DNA of 64,000 bases. Source: Takakia lepidozioides. Lineage: Eukaryota > Plantae > Bryophyta. The notes under the pieces were generated by a model that had not been told where the DNA came from, ran no database searches, and saw nothing but the letters and a program-made list of their open reading frames with translations. Shown in pieces: positions 50,163-62,109 of this stretch. The stretch lies in contig CM060731.1 in the NCBI GenBank assembly GCA_030704615.1, positions 25,730,001 to 25,794,000 of the forward strand, read 5' to 3'. Made by a program: the position numbers and the translations under genes. Each line of letters starts with the position of its first letter. The stretch's first letter is position 1.

Positions 50163-52085
50163 CTAATATACAAAGATTGAATACTCAGACAACACACACA
50201 ACATCACACAAGAGACATGGAGAGGAAGTTCCAACCAAGGTCTTTGTTTATTCAAATTCGCCATGGGCCGTGAAAGAGTTTTGAATAACCAATGTAGATA
50301 ATCCCTGATGGATTTGACACATTTTAAATTTCCTATGCACTTCAGACATTGGCACAAAAGCAACTCATGCTTTGATCTACCGCTGCATCCTGCTGACCGA
50401 GTCTCGCCCAATATCCACTCTTTTCTATCCAAGTTTTCTGAGCCTAACTGCGGGGAGAGAACATTTGTCGTAGAAAATTCCTCATCTGCTGATACATCTG
50501 ACGCAGAAAAATTGAGGCTTGCCATGCCATCCTCGCGCACATCTGTCGCTTCTCGATGCAGGACATTGCTGCAAGGTGTGCAAGTTTCCACAGGCCGCAT
50601 AGCAACATCCACCGCCTCGCACGAGGTGACTAACCCAATCCTCTCCAGGGAAGGTAGGGAATTGGGCTTCCGGTGAGAAGAATTTAATTCCGCTGTGCCG
50701 GCCCTTTTGCCTTCTGTGTGAGCTGTGACATGGAGAGACATGGAGCAGGCCGGAGGTAGCATTGATTCTTGTTTAACAGAAGAAGACAGACAAGGCTCTG
50801 CGTCCGTAACCTTCCCATCGCACTCGTTGGTAGACAGGCCACAAGGAGGAACTTCGACAGCACCAACGATGCTTTCGTTGCGAGGGGCCGTCAGATCTGA
50901 GAAAGGAGAGACGCAAGGGATAGGAGAAGAACCCTTTGGGGAACGCACGACAATCCATTGTCCAGCTGGTGGGCTGAGTGGGGGGCTGCCCCACCAATTG
51001 CCGCTGCTGCTTGCCACCCCTCCTTCCGATTCTGGAGAGCTTTTCGCAGGGGAGGCCCAGGCGTTAGCACAGTCGGGTTCCCGCCCGAGTTTCCAGAAAG
51101 GGCTGGAGAGTAATGGGACCGAGTGTTCAAAGGAGGACGACATGTCGCTGCTACACTCATTCGCACCGCTGCCGAACTGTAGTGTGCTCGTAGGAGAAGG
51201 CGGCGTCCTGCTGGCAGGTTTAGAAATGCTGGCGAAGGAGAATCGATCAGTGAGGAAAGGATGCTGCAGCAGTGCAGAGCTGGTCCACCTCTTACGGGGA
51301 TCCCTCTCAAAACACTTGGCCAAGAAATCATGAGCTTCAGGGCTAAGGGAAGCAGGCACTGCGGGAATTTCATCTGTGCATCCAATGTGGTAGAGAGCTA
51401 CCAAAGGATTGGCGATATCACTCCAGGGAGCTCGCCCCGTCGCCATCTCCACTACTGTGCAGCCGAGGGACCAGATATCCGAGGGAGTTCCTTGCTCTAC
51501 CTGTGTCACCACTTCTGGAGCCATCCATAGCGGTGTTCCGTCCACTCTTCTCAATAAGGCACTACCTTCAACTTCTCCTTGTCCCAATCTCTTCGCAGAT
51601 CCAAAGTCTGTGAGCTTGACAATCCCGTTCCCAACCAGAACATTCTTCCCCTTCAGATCACAGTGGACTATTCCCCGGCTGTGCAGGTAGTCGACTCCTT
51701 CCAAAATATTCCGGGTGTAGGCCCGAATCAAATGCTCATCCAGCCCCTGAGTCCCTGCAAACTGCTTCACTACGTCCGACAAGCTTCCTCCAGGCATATA
51801 CTCCAAGAACATGTTCCGCATCCTCTTTCCATTCTCCTCGCTCCAATCACCCCCCAGGCAACGAACAATGAACGGGGAATCCAAACTTTGCAACACCTGG
51901 ATCTCGTTCTCCAGCGCTTTCAAAGAATTCTTGGCACCGGCATCCATCTCACTCCACTCAATCGACTTGACAGCAAAAATCCCCCCATCCTCTCGGTTCA
52001 ACGCAAGGTTCACCCTCCCAAACGCCCCTACACCTATCAAACCTCCCCGAATCCAAGAGCCCACTTCCGAATTCTGCCCCTCCAT
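50163..52085 (-). CDS. Intronless MEKK-type MAP3K (MAPKKK15-21-like clade)
   Basis: GVGAFG, FAVK, HCDLKGKN, DFG and GTPLWMAPEV, then a Ser/Pro-rich tail with SPTSTL and W..VR motifs. First ATG at 52085. Confidence 0.92.
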   Translation of the reverse strand: MEGQNSEVGSWIRGGLIGVGAFGRVNLALNREDGGIFAVKSIEWSEMDAGAKNSLKALENEIQVLQSLDSPFIVRCLGGDWSEENGKRMRNMFLEYMPGGSLSDVVKQFAGTQGLDEHLIRAYTRNILEGVDYLHSRGIVHCDLKGKNVLVGNGIVKLTDFGSAKRLGQGEVEGSALLRRVDGTPLWMAPEVVTQVEQGTPSDIWSLGCTVVEMATGRAPWSDIANPLVALYHIGCTDEIPAVPASLSPEAHDFLAKCFERDPRKRWTSSALLQHPFLTDRFSFASISKPASRTPPSPTSTLQFGSGANECSSDMSSSFEHSVPLLSSPFWKLGREPDCANAWASPAKSSPESEGGVASSSGNWWGSPPLSPPAGQWIVVRSPKGSSPIPCVSPFSDLTAPRNESIVGAVEVPPCGLSTNECDGKVTDAEPCLSSSVKQESMLPPACSMSLHVTAHTEGKRAGTAELNSSHRKPNSLPSLERIGLVTSCEAVDVAMRPVETCTPCSNVLHREATDVREDGMASLNFSASDVSADEEFSTTNVLSPQLGSENLDRKEWILGETRSAGCSGRSKHELLLCQCLKCIGNLKCVKSIRDYLHWLFKTLSRPMANLNKQRPWLELPLHVSCVMLCVLSEYSIFVY

Positions 52086-52424
52086 CTTCCCCACAAATCA
52101 CAGCACCCCACCTTGCCTTGTATAAGACTTCCGAGTCAGCTCTTCTTCGAAAACAATCTATACCAGGTCCTCCTGCTTCCTCAACACCCTGGGGCTTGAG
52201 CGTGAAGCAGAAGATATGACAACAACAGACTCAACTGCTTGTGTACACTTCCCGGCAGTTAGAATTACGCTTCCTATAGCAACAAACAAACAAAGATGGG
52301 ATTGAGCAAGGTGTGAGAGATGGGTCTTGGCTCTGCTCGCCCCTTGAATGCAGCGCAGTGCAGCTCTAAGAGGCAGAGGCCAGGCTGGGGAGAGGCAGAG
52401 ATTCTTGGGAGGTCTGACCACACG

Positions 52425-52433
52425 CTTATAAAC
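52425..52433 (-). promoter_or_regulatory. Candidate TATA box for the MAP3K
   Basis: TTTATAAG on the - strand in a GC-rich context ~340 bp upstream of the ATG. Confidence 0.35.
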
Positions 52434-54308
52434 TCCACAGCGCAGGCCCACCAATGGTGAGGCCGCCATGAATACCGCTCCTGTTCATTGGCCTGCCTTC
52501 CTTCCCCGCCCCTCCCTCTCCCTAATTTCCCTCCTTCTTTTTGGGGGCAAACTCTCGGTAACAGAAAAACTGTGCAACAAAACGTAAATGTAATAAAAAA
52601 CTGGGCAGATGGGTTGTTGGGATTTTTGGACGGGCTGATCCCGGATGCTTCCCATCCGCCCTCCGCACAACCCCCCCAACTTTTGCCTTATGGGTTTTTC
52701 TTCTGCACCCGAGGAAGTGTCGGCGCTTGTTTGTTCGAAGTTTCCTCATTCATGTGCTACCCCAATGAATGGTGAACAGCAACTCATTGACTATTCAATC
52801 ATTCATGTCGTGTATTTCGAAGTTGGCGCTCTCTGATGAGTCCTGCGAGGTAACTCATAGCTGGTTTTCGGTGTAAGAAGAGAGCATTATCGGTAGTATG
52901 ATTCGCAAGCTTGGATGCACTTTTCCAGCATCTGGCAATGGGGCTTGACGACTGGTGAAGGCCCAGCTGTTCCACATGGCCCTCTGTACTTTCAGTGCTC
53001 CACTGGCTATCATTCCTCAGCTACCTTTTGACTCGCTCTAATTTACTCCCACACACGTGAAGCGATTTTATTATATAAGAAAATGGACGGAAATAGCGTG
53101 ACCGAATGAATGCATAGGTAGTCGAAATCATACAGCATTAGCATCATCATCAACTTATTCAAGAAACAAGTACTTTTCATCTAAGAACTAATTAACAAGA
53201 TTGTGTAGATTGAATGGAAGACATTCTTCTCGATCAACGTTTCATCCTTGTTTCTTACGGTTGACTGGTACATTCATAATTCAGCCAAGAACTTTTATTA
53301 TTTTATATTACATTTTATTTTATTTTTATTTATTGGTTAACATGGGTTGTAGCCCTGACATTTTTTGAATATCAGTTTATTGGAGATTTATTTAAGATAT
53401 TACAGTTGGAGCTGATTAGTATATATTCAAGGAAATGTCAACATGATTACCTCTGATGGACTTATTTGATTTGATTTGGATATCGGATTGATTGAATTAC
53501 AGTGAAATCTGATCGAGAATCAGTAGCGTCTTTTTACTAACGAATCTGGAATTTGTAAACATTCGGAACTTTTCTTGTTTCATCACAACACAATCGCAAT
53601 ATGAATATGTGCTTTGTTGTCCGCCACCACTTTGGTTTTCTTTTACTGCACAGTTTTTACCCTGCGTTTTGGCATCTTGTGCGAAGACTACCTTACTTAC
53701 GAAGACATGAATTTCATCGGAAAGATTTGACCGACCACCGCAGTGCGTGCATAATACTACGGGGTCATCCCCGACCCATAAATGATGAAGCCCACGAAAT
53801 TGACCCCTCGACGTGACCCCCTCCACCACCATTTCTGCTCGCATCATTTCACGACCGCAATCTTACTTTTGACCTGACGCCCAAACAGCAATCCCAAAAC
53901 CCCTTGGCGCGGGGCCAACCGCCAAAACACCGCGCGGGCGACCGCGGCCCGGACACACGTCTCGCCGCTGCCAGCCTGCCCGCCCATTGGGCTGCCCGGC
54001 CGCGGCCTGCGCGCGCCGCGAGCGGCTCGCCAAATGGCGCCCCGTCGCCCGCGGCTGCCGTTTGCCGCATCGAATCCACCGCTGCGGTTCCCACTTGCGC
54101 TCTGTCCTGCCGCCGCGGCCCACCCAACTCCTGTCGCTCACTCTGTGCATCCATCCGTCCATCCATCCGTCCATCCGTGGCGTGAGCGGTGTGAGGGAGG
54201 CGGATGGATCCGGTTGTTGCCGTTACGTCACTTTGATTCCGCACCTTTTTCCTGAAATGAACGTTGGGTATTTGTCCACTCCTCGGTGTGGGCACCACAG
54301 GCTGCATC

Positions 54309-54868
54309 ATTTTATGGTTCGCATTACCGGAAGCCTTTGTTTTTCCGCAGTGGGATAGTGAGCTGAGGCAACAGCGGACGGCACAACAGGGGCTCATAAT
54401 ACGACAACGAATTAGGTACCAGGTTGTTCTATTGCGGAAATGTTTTCATCACCAGAGAGGCCAGCATTTTCCAGAACAAGAATCCCAGAGTTAGCTGTTT
54501 AATAGCTCCCAGCAGTTGGGCTGTACTGATTTTAATAAGGGCCCCAGGTTCTGTCCATTAGAGGGTGGTCCAGGAATTAAAAAGCGGGGGTTATAGTAAG
54601 CTACACCAGGATTTGAGTTGTTGTGATTTATGCTACTGTCTGACTTACATAATTTTATGGTTGACATTACCGGAAGCATTTGTTTTTCCGTTGTGGGATA
54701 GGGAGTTGAGGCAACAGTGGACGCACAACAGGGGCTCATAATAAAACAACGAATTTGGTTGTTTTATTATGGAAATGTTTCATCACCAGAGAGGCGAACA
54801 TTTCCAAAACAAAAAAGGAAAATCTAAGTGAATAGCTCAGTCCCCACAGTTGGGCTGTACTGATTTTA
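54309..54868. repeat. Diverged ~225-bp direct duplication (54309-54536 and 54652-54868)
   Basis: Shared blocks CATTACCGGAAGC, CACAACAGGGGCTCATAATA, TTTCATCACCAGAGAGGC and CAGTTGGGCTGTACTGATTTTAA. Confidence 0.85.
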
Positions 54869-55419
54869 AAATCATTGTGATTAGCCTGTCTGAAGTTCCC
54901 GAACGGCGACGCACTCTTTTCGGCCGCTCCAACTGTGAAGACGGAACCAACTACGGACTTCACCTACTGAACACATTGGGTTCGATGCTCGCTCTGTTGT
55001 GCGGACGAAGTTTGTTAACCTGCGAGGTTAAAGTATACAGTAAGAAGTTATGGTGCGTTTAGCTAACTAACGTGAATAGGACAAACGGGGAAAACGATCC
55101 GGGCAGCACCGTACAAACGTCGGACGCCCGACGAACGGTAGGGCGAGGCGGCCTCCAATGTGCGGGCGGCCAGCCAATGCCGCTCCAGATATGCGGGCAG
55201 CCCCCACTCCGACGCCCGGGGAAAAGCGCGAGACTGTTCCGACTCTTCCGCCGTCGTGGCCCCGTCGGGACTTACTCACGCTCGCCCCCGTGGCGTGGTG
55301 CGAGCAGCGGGACATGGATTGGGGGACAGGGACGGGGACAGGGACCAGCTGAAATGAGGCAGACATGTCCCACAAGTTGAGGCCATGTTTGCCACTTGAC
55401 GTTTTCCCACCAAGGGTAA

Positions 55420-55487
55420 GGTAAGCAAGGCAAGGCAAGCAAGGCAAGGCAAGGCAAGGAAAGGTAAAGTAACGGTAAAGGTAAGGC
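55420..55487. repeat. (AAGGC/AAGGT)n pentanucleotide microsatellite
   Basis: Directly visible. Confidence 0.85.
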
Positions 55488-58400
55488 GTGGGACTTGCTT
55501 GAACCCACTTGGTGTAAGTTAGTGTAGGCTTTTAGGGTTGCCGCCCCAAAAGCGGTGAGGCCATGTCGTTGGTGCAGAGTTGGGTGTGATGGATAGGGCC
55601 ACATTCAAGGGCTCCCAGTTCCCACCCAGTTGAGGGAGGTAGTATTAGGGCAGCAGCAGCAGGCAAGTTAGGGAAGGTTTATCCGAGGGAGTGCAGGGAC
55701 ATATGACATGAGGCCTTAGAGCACAAGGGGGATTTATGTGTGGGTCTGATGGGGACCATCAGAGGGGTGCCTAGCCCAGGATTGGTCAACCCTTTGAAGT
55801 AGAAGTAAGTTACTAGAAGGAGGGAGTGAAGAGTAAAGTATCTGGGAGTACTTTTAGAGGAGGATGAGTGACGGTGATGAGTGTGAGGGCGATGGGAAGT
55901 CATACGTTGTTGCGCGTCAATTGTGGCGAGGCTTCTCGCACAATTGCCCTCTTTACGCCAAGTGCAAGGGAGGGGGGCTCTTTGGGCTGGGCCACCACCA
56001 TTAAAGTGCCATGTGTTCCATGTGCCTTACACGATGGGCTATCAAATGTGTGCTGCATACACTAGAGCTAGGGGGCTGCGTGTTGGCCCCTTTGACCCCC
56101 GCAACAAGATAGCTGCCCACACTGCAGCTGCAGCGCTGCAGACACTGCAGCTTCCAGTGTTTGTTGTGGATTCAATCCAGCAGAGGTCTCTGCTGGGTCC
56201 ATCCTACATGTGACGCCCATAACAAATATGAACCCAAAGAAAAAGGAAAGGATAAAGAAAAGACTTGGTAAGTTGATTGGGCTTCCAGGTTGCTCCTCTT
56301 CCAATAGAAATTTTGCTGAGAAGGTGATAGGTTGACGACAGGCAGCAAGGGCAACAAGAAGAAGAGAGGTGGAGGCAAGACGAACGTGGGCTGGACTTGG
56401 CTTGGGTGGGGTGCAGGGCCAGCCCCGTGCAGGGCACGCGCCTGGCTGCCTGCACTACCACCACCATTTCTCATGTGCGGCATCCCTACCACTCGCCTCC
56501 GCACATTTGCTTTGGCTGCATCTTCCACCGCAGTTTCTGGGGATCCACACACTGGCCTGCTGCATGACTTGTCTGGCGTGCACGAATTGTAGAGCCAGTA
56601 GAACCGGTTGGGTGTAGTTTTGTGTCTGGGAGGAGGGCAGGTGTTTTTTCCCTCTGGAGTCTGCCACTTTTATTACTCGCGGATGTTTGGGAGGGTGTGT
56701 TGCCGCAGGTGACTGTGGGGTTGTCCTCCGCGCACGCGATCTGGCGCAACCACGTTCTCTGCATCCACGCTTTTGCGGTGTTGGGAGGACCTCCCACGAC
56801 TGCACTAGCTTCAATGTTTACATTAGTGAAAGCAGCAGCGTAGAGAGAGTGAGGAAGGTGATGAGCAACGGGATTAGCAACTAGTCCAGCGTGGATATCG
56901 GGCTGGGAATCACCCAACTTGACGCTTGTTATTCATTCACTGCCCACTTCGCTAACTACTGCGCAGCTTTGAATGCTCCATCAACTTAATTCTGGGACTC
57001 TGGAATTCTGCGTGCCCCACACACACACTTAACATGCAAATCTGGTCTCACGGTGTTTGGTTCAACGGATCCCATCAAGTGTATGACATTTCCTATCTGA
57101 TCATACATGTTGCCAGAGATGTGATATAATGATCTCGTCAACAGGGCAGAGGAGACCGGTGAAGACAGGTTATTAGTGAGTACTTAAGTGAGTTGCTTGT
57201 CCACAATCTTCTGTTTGACTATCCAGATACCTGCCCGCAGCCTACCCACTTAAACAAGATTCTCTGATTTCACACATGTAGGGCATTCCTTACTCTATTT
57301 TCGGACGATGTTTTACTGGGTTTTCGCCCACTTGTCTCGTAGATAACGGACATGGAATCTCCAAAATCAAAACCCAAGTAAGTTTGCGAGAAAGGAGCCC
57401 AGGATATTTTGCATATGCGGCTTTCCCATCCACTCCTATGCGAGTTGACAATGTCCTTGAGATATTCCCAGCCTTGCTTGGAGCCCTTTTGCTGAAGATA
57501 GTAGGTATATCCCGCCAAGCTGGGTAAATAGCCCCAGTCAAGCTCCAAAAACGAAACCCTAATAATTCAATCCACCTCGATAGACAATAATTTTGGATGA
57601 TGATTGCGAGAAGATGGGTGAATCACCCATCTTATTCTCGGCCATGATTGGAAGGCCTCATGTTTCATGACTACCAATTATGCACAACGAGAAGATGATG
57701 ATGACACAGTCTCGATAATTCATCAACTGAGTTACTGTGTACATGCCAATGTCGGTTCGAACTAATAACCCCCAAAGGCTGACAAGTTAGAACTTAGAAC
57801 ATATTTGGGGGGGGAAAGAAAAAAAGTTTGCGCTGCCCCACCGTCAGGAGGGTGTCATCTGCAGCAGTCTGGGCGGAGATAATGGGCAGAAGCCAGACTG
57901 GAAGAAGGGAGTCCAGCAGAATTTCCAGGGAGCCTAGCAACTTGCAAGGATAGCAGAGACTTTTTGTCTGGGACTACATAGTGCAGTCAGTGTCTTGAGC
58001 TGTTAGGCTGGCGATGGTGGCCGGCATTATTCTCAAACAAGGACCAGAAAGGACAGTGCAAAGTGCAGTCCCAAGGACATTCTCCCTGGACTTCCTTCCA
58101 TCCCCAACTGTCCCAATCTGCGGCCTGGCTCTGGGGTACTCATACCTGGAGGTTAGGGACCTACAGAGCATGATATTTTGCCCACCCAAAACAATCACTG
58201 ACTGTAAACATAGTAACCAACAAAGCCTCCTTAGTAAACCCAGTTAATTCCAATAATTCTAGCTTGTTGGTTGGAGCTTTCCCCCGCCTGACACACATAA
58301 TGGTGTAGCTGGAAGCTACCCACCTCTGTACCGAAAAGTACCAGTCTTTTCCTGGCACTATAATTAGGTAGTCCACATGAGTGAAGCAATCTCTATGGAG

Positions 58401-59723
58401 AGCAGAGTAACTGGAATCCTGACTGCTGGATTATCAGTGGGGCTCTTTATAACTAGAAATGCTGAAAAGCAAGTCACACATTATTTTATTTCAAGTACTT
58501 CACTCGGCTACAGTTCACCCACTAGGTCTGATCACATGGAACCCCGGATCACCCATTATTCTAACTTCCACTTTCATAGCCTCTGATCACCTCCAGTTCA
58601 GGACTTGACTTGCAGGAGTATAATAACTCACCCTCACCGGCGACGCCAGCATTACACCAGGTGGTACCATTTGAAGGGCTTGACAACGCCAAGTACAAAG
58701 ACACTTCCTCCAAATCCACAGGATCTCCAAGCGAGTACTTACACGCATACTTGGCATGGCATCATAAAAACAAATGAAGGATTCTCACTCAGGTCAAACT
58801 TTGCAACCAATCCCGTTCTCGCATTACATAGTATAAGACACATTGTCTTTCAGTTTAATAAGTGTGATCATGATCCACGCTCATTAACGACAGGGTTTTG
58901 TGCTTGGAGAGCTTTCACTTCGCGTGTTTCTAGTGTCGCACTCAGATTTACATCCCGATTCCTAGCACAGTTACCGTATAAGACAAAGCATCATGTATTA
59001 GTTAGGGGCAGCAGCTGGAATTAGTGGCCAGCCTGGACCATTCATGGCACACTGCTCTGATTGAGAGAGGGGAGGTGGGTTGATTATCTCATTACTAAGT
59101 AGTTCCTAGGTTATGGCCGCCCTCATAATTGAGGTGTTCAAGCCTTGTTTTTGCCGGGAAACATTCCATGGGCCTCCCGCCAACCTTCCCTCCAAATGGG
59201 CGTAGCATTTTGAGCTGCACACTGGTTAACTTATCTGGGGACTAAAAACAACGGTCAATACAAAGGGATGGTTTCAGCAGTATGGGTAGCAGACAAACGG
59301 CCGGGGGTTTTACAAATGAGAAGGTTCAATTTGACAGAAACCACACAGGACAAAACTGAGCATGGAGTCGTAGATGAAGGCGGGAATGGCATGGAGGACT
59401 TGGACAGTCCAACCCTTCGACGAGTCTTACTTACCTCTGGAAATTGTCTGAAAGGAAAATTGGTCTTTTGGCTGCTTGTGTGATGATTCCTAAGCTCATT
59501 GTTTGTCTTTTAGGACTAAATTTTTGAAAAGAAAGGGCTGAGAGCCCAGAGCGCTGATTCTCATACCTTAACTGGCTTGTGCTTAAGCATGGAGCGAACA
59601 ACTAGAACAGTGAACTAATCGCGACTTCGATTGTTTCGGCCAAAACTGACCTGACAAAAATGACCAGCCTCGGGTTAGCCGAAGACTCAGGATTTGCAAG
59701 GTCTTTTTGGGTGAACTCAAGTT

Positions 59724-60328
59724 CAGCCCACCTCGAAAAGTGGGTTATGTGGGATCTTTTTGGCCATTTGTGATAGACACTCACTTAGAACCGAGCTCTT
59801 TCCTCCTTTATGGGGGAAGAAAGGGCCAGAAACCCCTGCATTGTAGGGCGTAAACTACAGAATCGAATCCTTTTGAGCAGTGGCCGACTGAAACTGTGAA
59901 CAAATCCTAACTAAGAATGTTTTGTCCAAAACCTACTAGACAAAAGAGTTAGTCGATTGCGGGGGATGCAACTTGGGTCCGTGCTCGTGGACAAAGTGAC
60001 TTCAGCTCACCTCCATGGAGCGGGCTGCAAATAATATGTGGAGAGCCTGGAAGACTCCAACACAATTTGAACAGTGCCTTGTCAGGCATACACTATCGCA
60101 ACTTAGATTGTTTTGACCTTGATATTTAAACCACAAAGTCGAGCGATTTCGAGTCATCTAAATTAGCCATGAACAACGATTAACTGAACGACCGTCTTAG
60201 TGGGTGGACACAAATGCAGCCCACCTCAACAACAAGGTCTTTTGGCCATGTGTGAGGAGGCACTTCACTTGAAACTAAGTTCTTTCTCCCCTTTTCAAGG
60301 GAAAGGGGACGGAAACCCCTTGCACTGT
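59724..60328. repeat. Diverged ~115-bp direct repeat (59724-59845 and 60217-60328)
   Basis: CAGCCCACCTC..TCTTTT(T)GGCCAT.TGTGA..CACT..GAAAGGG..GAAACCCCT(T)GCA.TGT present in both copies. Confidence 0.65.
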
Positions 60329-62109
60329 GTTAGGGAAGGTCAAGGAAAACAGTGTTAAAGCGGTCGACTCCATCCCGAAAGCGCATATGGTTTTGGCCAA
60401 ACTGACAGTGCGAGATAGTCGTTGACTGCAGCAATGGCGTCTTTGTTGGTAGACATCATACTCACATCACCCAGTGGGGTGAAAACCATACAGTGTAGGT
60501 GATCTATTGGCTAATTCGTTTTTAGAACTGGCCAGTAAGAACTAGCATGTAGCTGCCGGCTGAAACAGTGCAGCACCGATCGCAACTCACACGACTTGGT
60601 GGTGGGAGTCGGCGATTGCACAGCAGGTGTAGTGGAGATTGGAAACACCTCCAGAAATGAGCGGACAAAACCGGTGTGTGACCATCATACTTATTTTGAA
60701 CAATGCCGATTGAAACAGTCACACATTTTTGGCCAAAAATTACGTGACAAACTTGCGCAATCTACGAAAATTGTGTAAGTTTCGCTGCAGGCATTGCAAC
60801 TTGATAATGTGGCTTTCCCACCTGAGCAGTTGGTTCGTGATGCTCACTAGCTCAAATTCATTATGAAATGCTCGCCTACACATGTATCGGACCGTTGAAA
60901 CGGTGGACACGAGCGAGATGCCCCCAGTACAGGCCTCCCCATCATTGCTTCTGTAGGGATCGGGCTGTTGTCCCAAGGGAATGGTGATGTCCACATTGTT
61001 TGCTGACCACTGGTATCTTACTGCATGATAGACTGAGAAACATATTATTCACTGTGCATAAACACTCCCGGCGCAACCATTTTTTGAATTGTCAGGCCTT
61101 GTCCCAACCATCTGCCTCCAAATGTGCATCATAAACATGTTTCCTAAGGAAATGCTCACTGATAGAGTAGAGAGTAATTACTGCCATACATCTTAATCAT
61201 CGTTCATGAACACCCAATGATGTGTAACTAAGTAGAACATCTGCAGCTTATATCCAACATTGGAGTTTACTAGTTTAGATATTTGATGCTACATTGAAGA
61301 CAAATGTGGACGGCCCTCGGACAGTTGATACATGCTGTTCAGCATCCTGCAACCAGTTTCACTATTGAGTTTTGTAGGACCCAATTGTCTACTCGCCATG
61401 GAACAAAATTGCATGGAATTGAGAAACAAAAACGAGAATAAATGCACCAAATATTTTGATGCCAATGATGGGGGAAAGTGCTCTCTTTCTTCCACCCACT
61501 TATCTATGCGTACAATACTCATCAGTCATATTGAATGCACAGGAGAGACATAACTATTCTAGTCTGACCAACCCGTGGGTTCAAAATCTGCAGTCACTCT
61601 TTGTATCATGCTCCCTGCCCTACATAGTGCCATCACATTCCCATCAGTCATCTTTCCAAGGCAGTAGGAATTCTGGAGGTGCTGCCATCTTATCAGTTTT
61701 GATGTCCAAACAAACGGGTGTCAACCATGACAGATGATGCAGAAGGTGCTAGAGGAGCTTGTGGTGAGCAAAGCGGCTGCCCTGCAACTCTGTGATTTGA
61801 TCACAATCTGCCATACCCTCCCCAAGTCTGGCCTACAGTCTAGAGCTAGAATGTAACTACCAGTAATACATACAGTACTCTCTAATTTCCATGACCATCA
61901 GCTTGTGGTCCAGGGTTATGGGTCGAAAGAAGAGAACCAGTCCACATGCAGAATACCCAGGAAGAATGTGAAGCTAAACTACCTTCCAAGAAAAAGCCAG
62001 CCATACACAAGGAAAGGAGGGAGCAAATAACGCCTGTCATATATCTATGTTAACTGCTCCTGTACATAGCCCCTAGAGTAGGGGTGAGGTCCATATACAT
62101 GCACTTCTC

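Noticed and set aside
50308-52199. Antisense ORFs over the MAP3K (likewise over the PPR, pol and LINE ORFs)
   Set aside because: These are shadows of the real coding strand.
52833-52860. Hammerhead ribozyme (CTGATGAGTCC...)
   Set aside because: There is no GAAA after stem II; it is only a small ATGAGT/ACTCAT hairpin.
53849-56917. Many overlapping ORFs in the GC-rich region
   Set aside because: These are low-complexity Arg/Ala/Gly/Pro products on both strands with no domain signature, as expected from GC content alone.
57270-57548. 92-aa ORF with aromatic-rich, protein-like composition
   Set aside because: Non-ATG start, no recognisable motif and no supporting exons.
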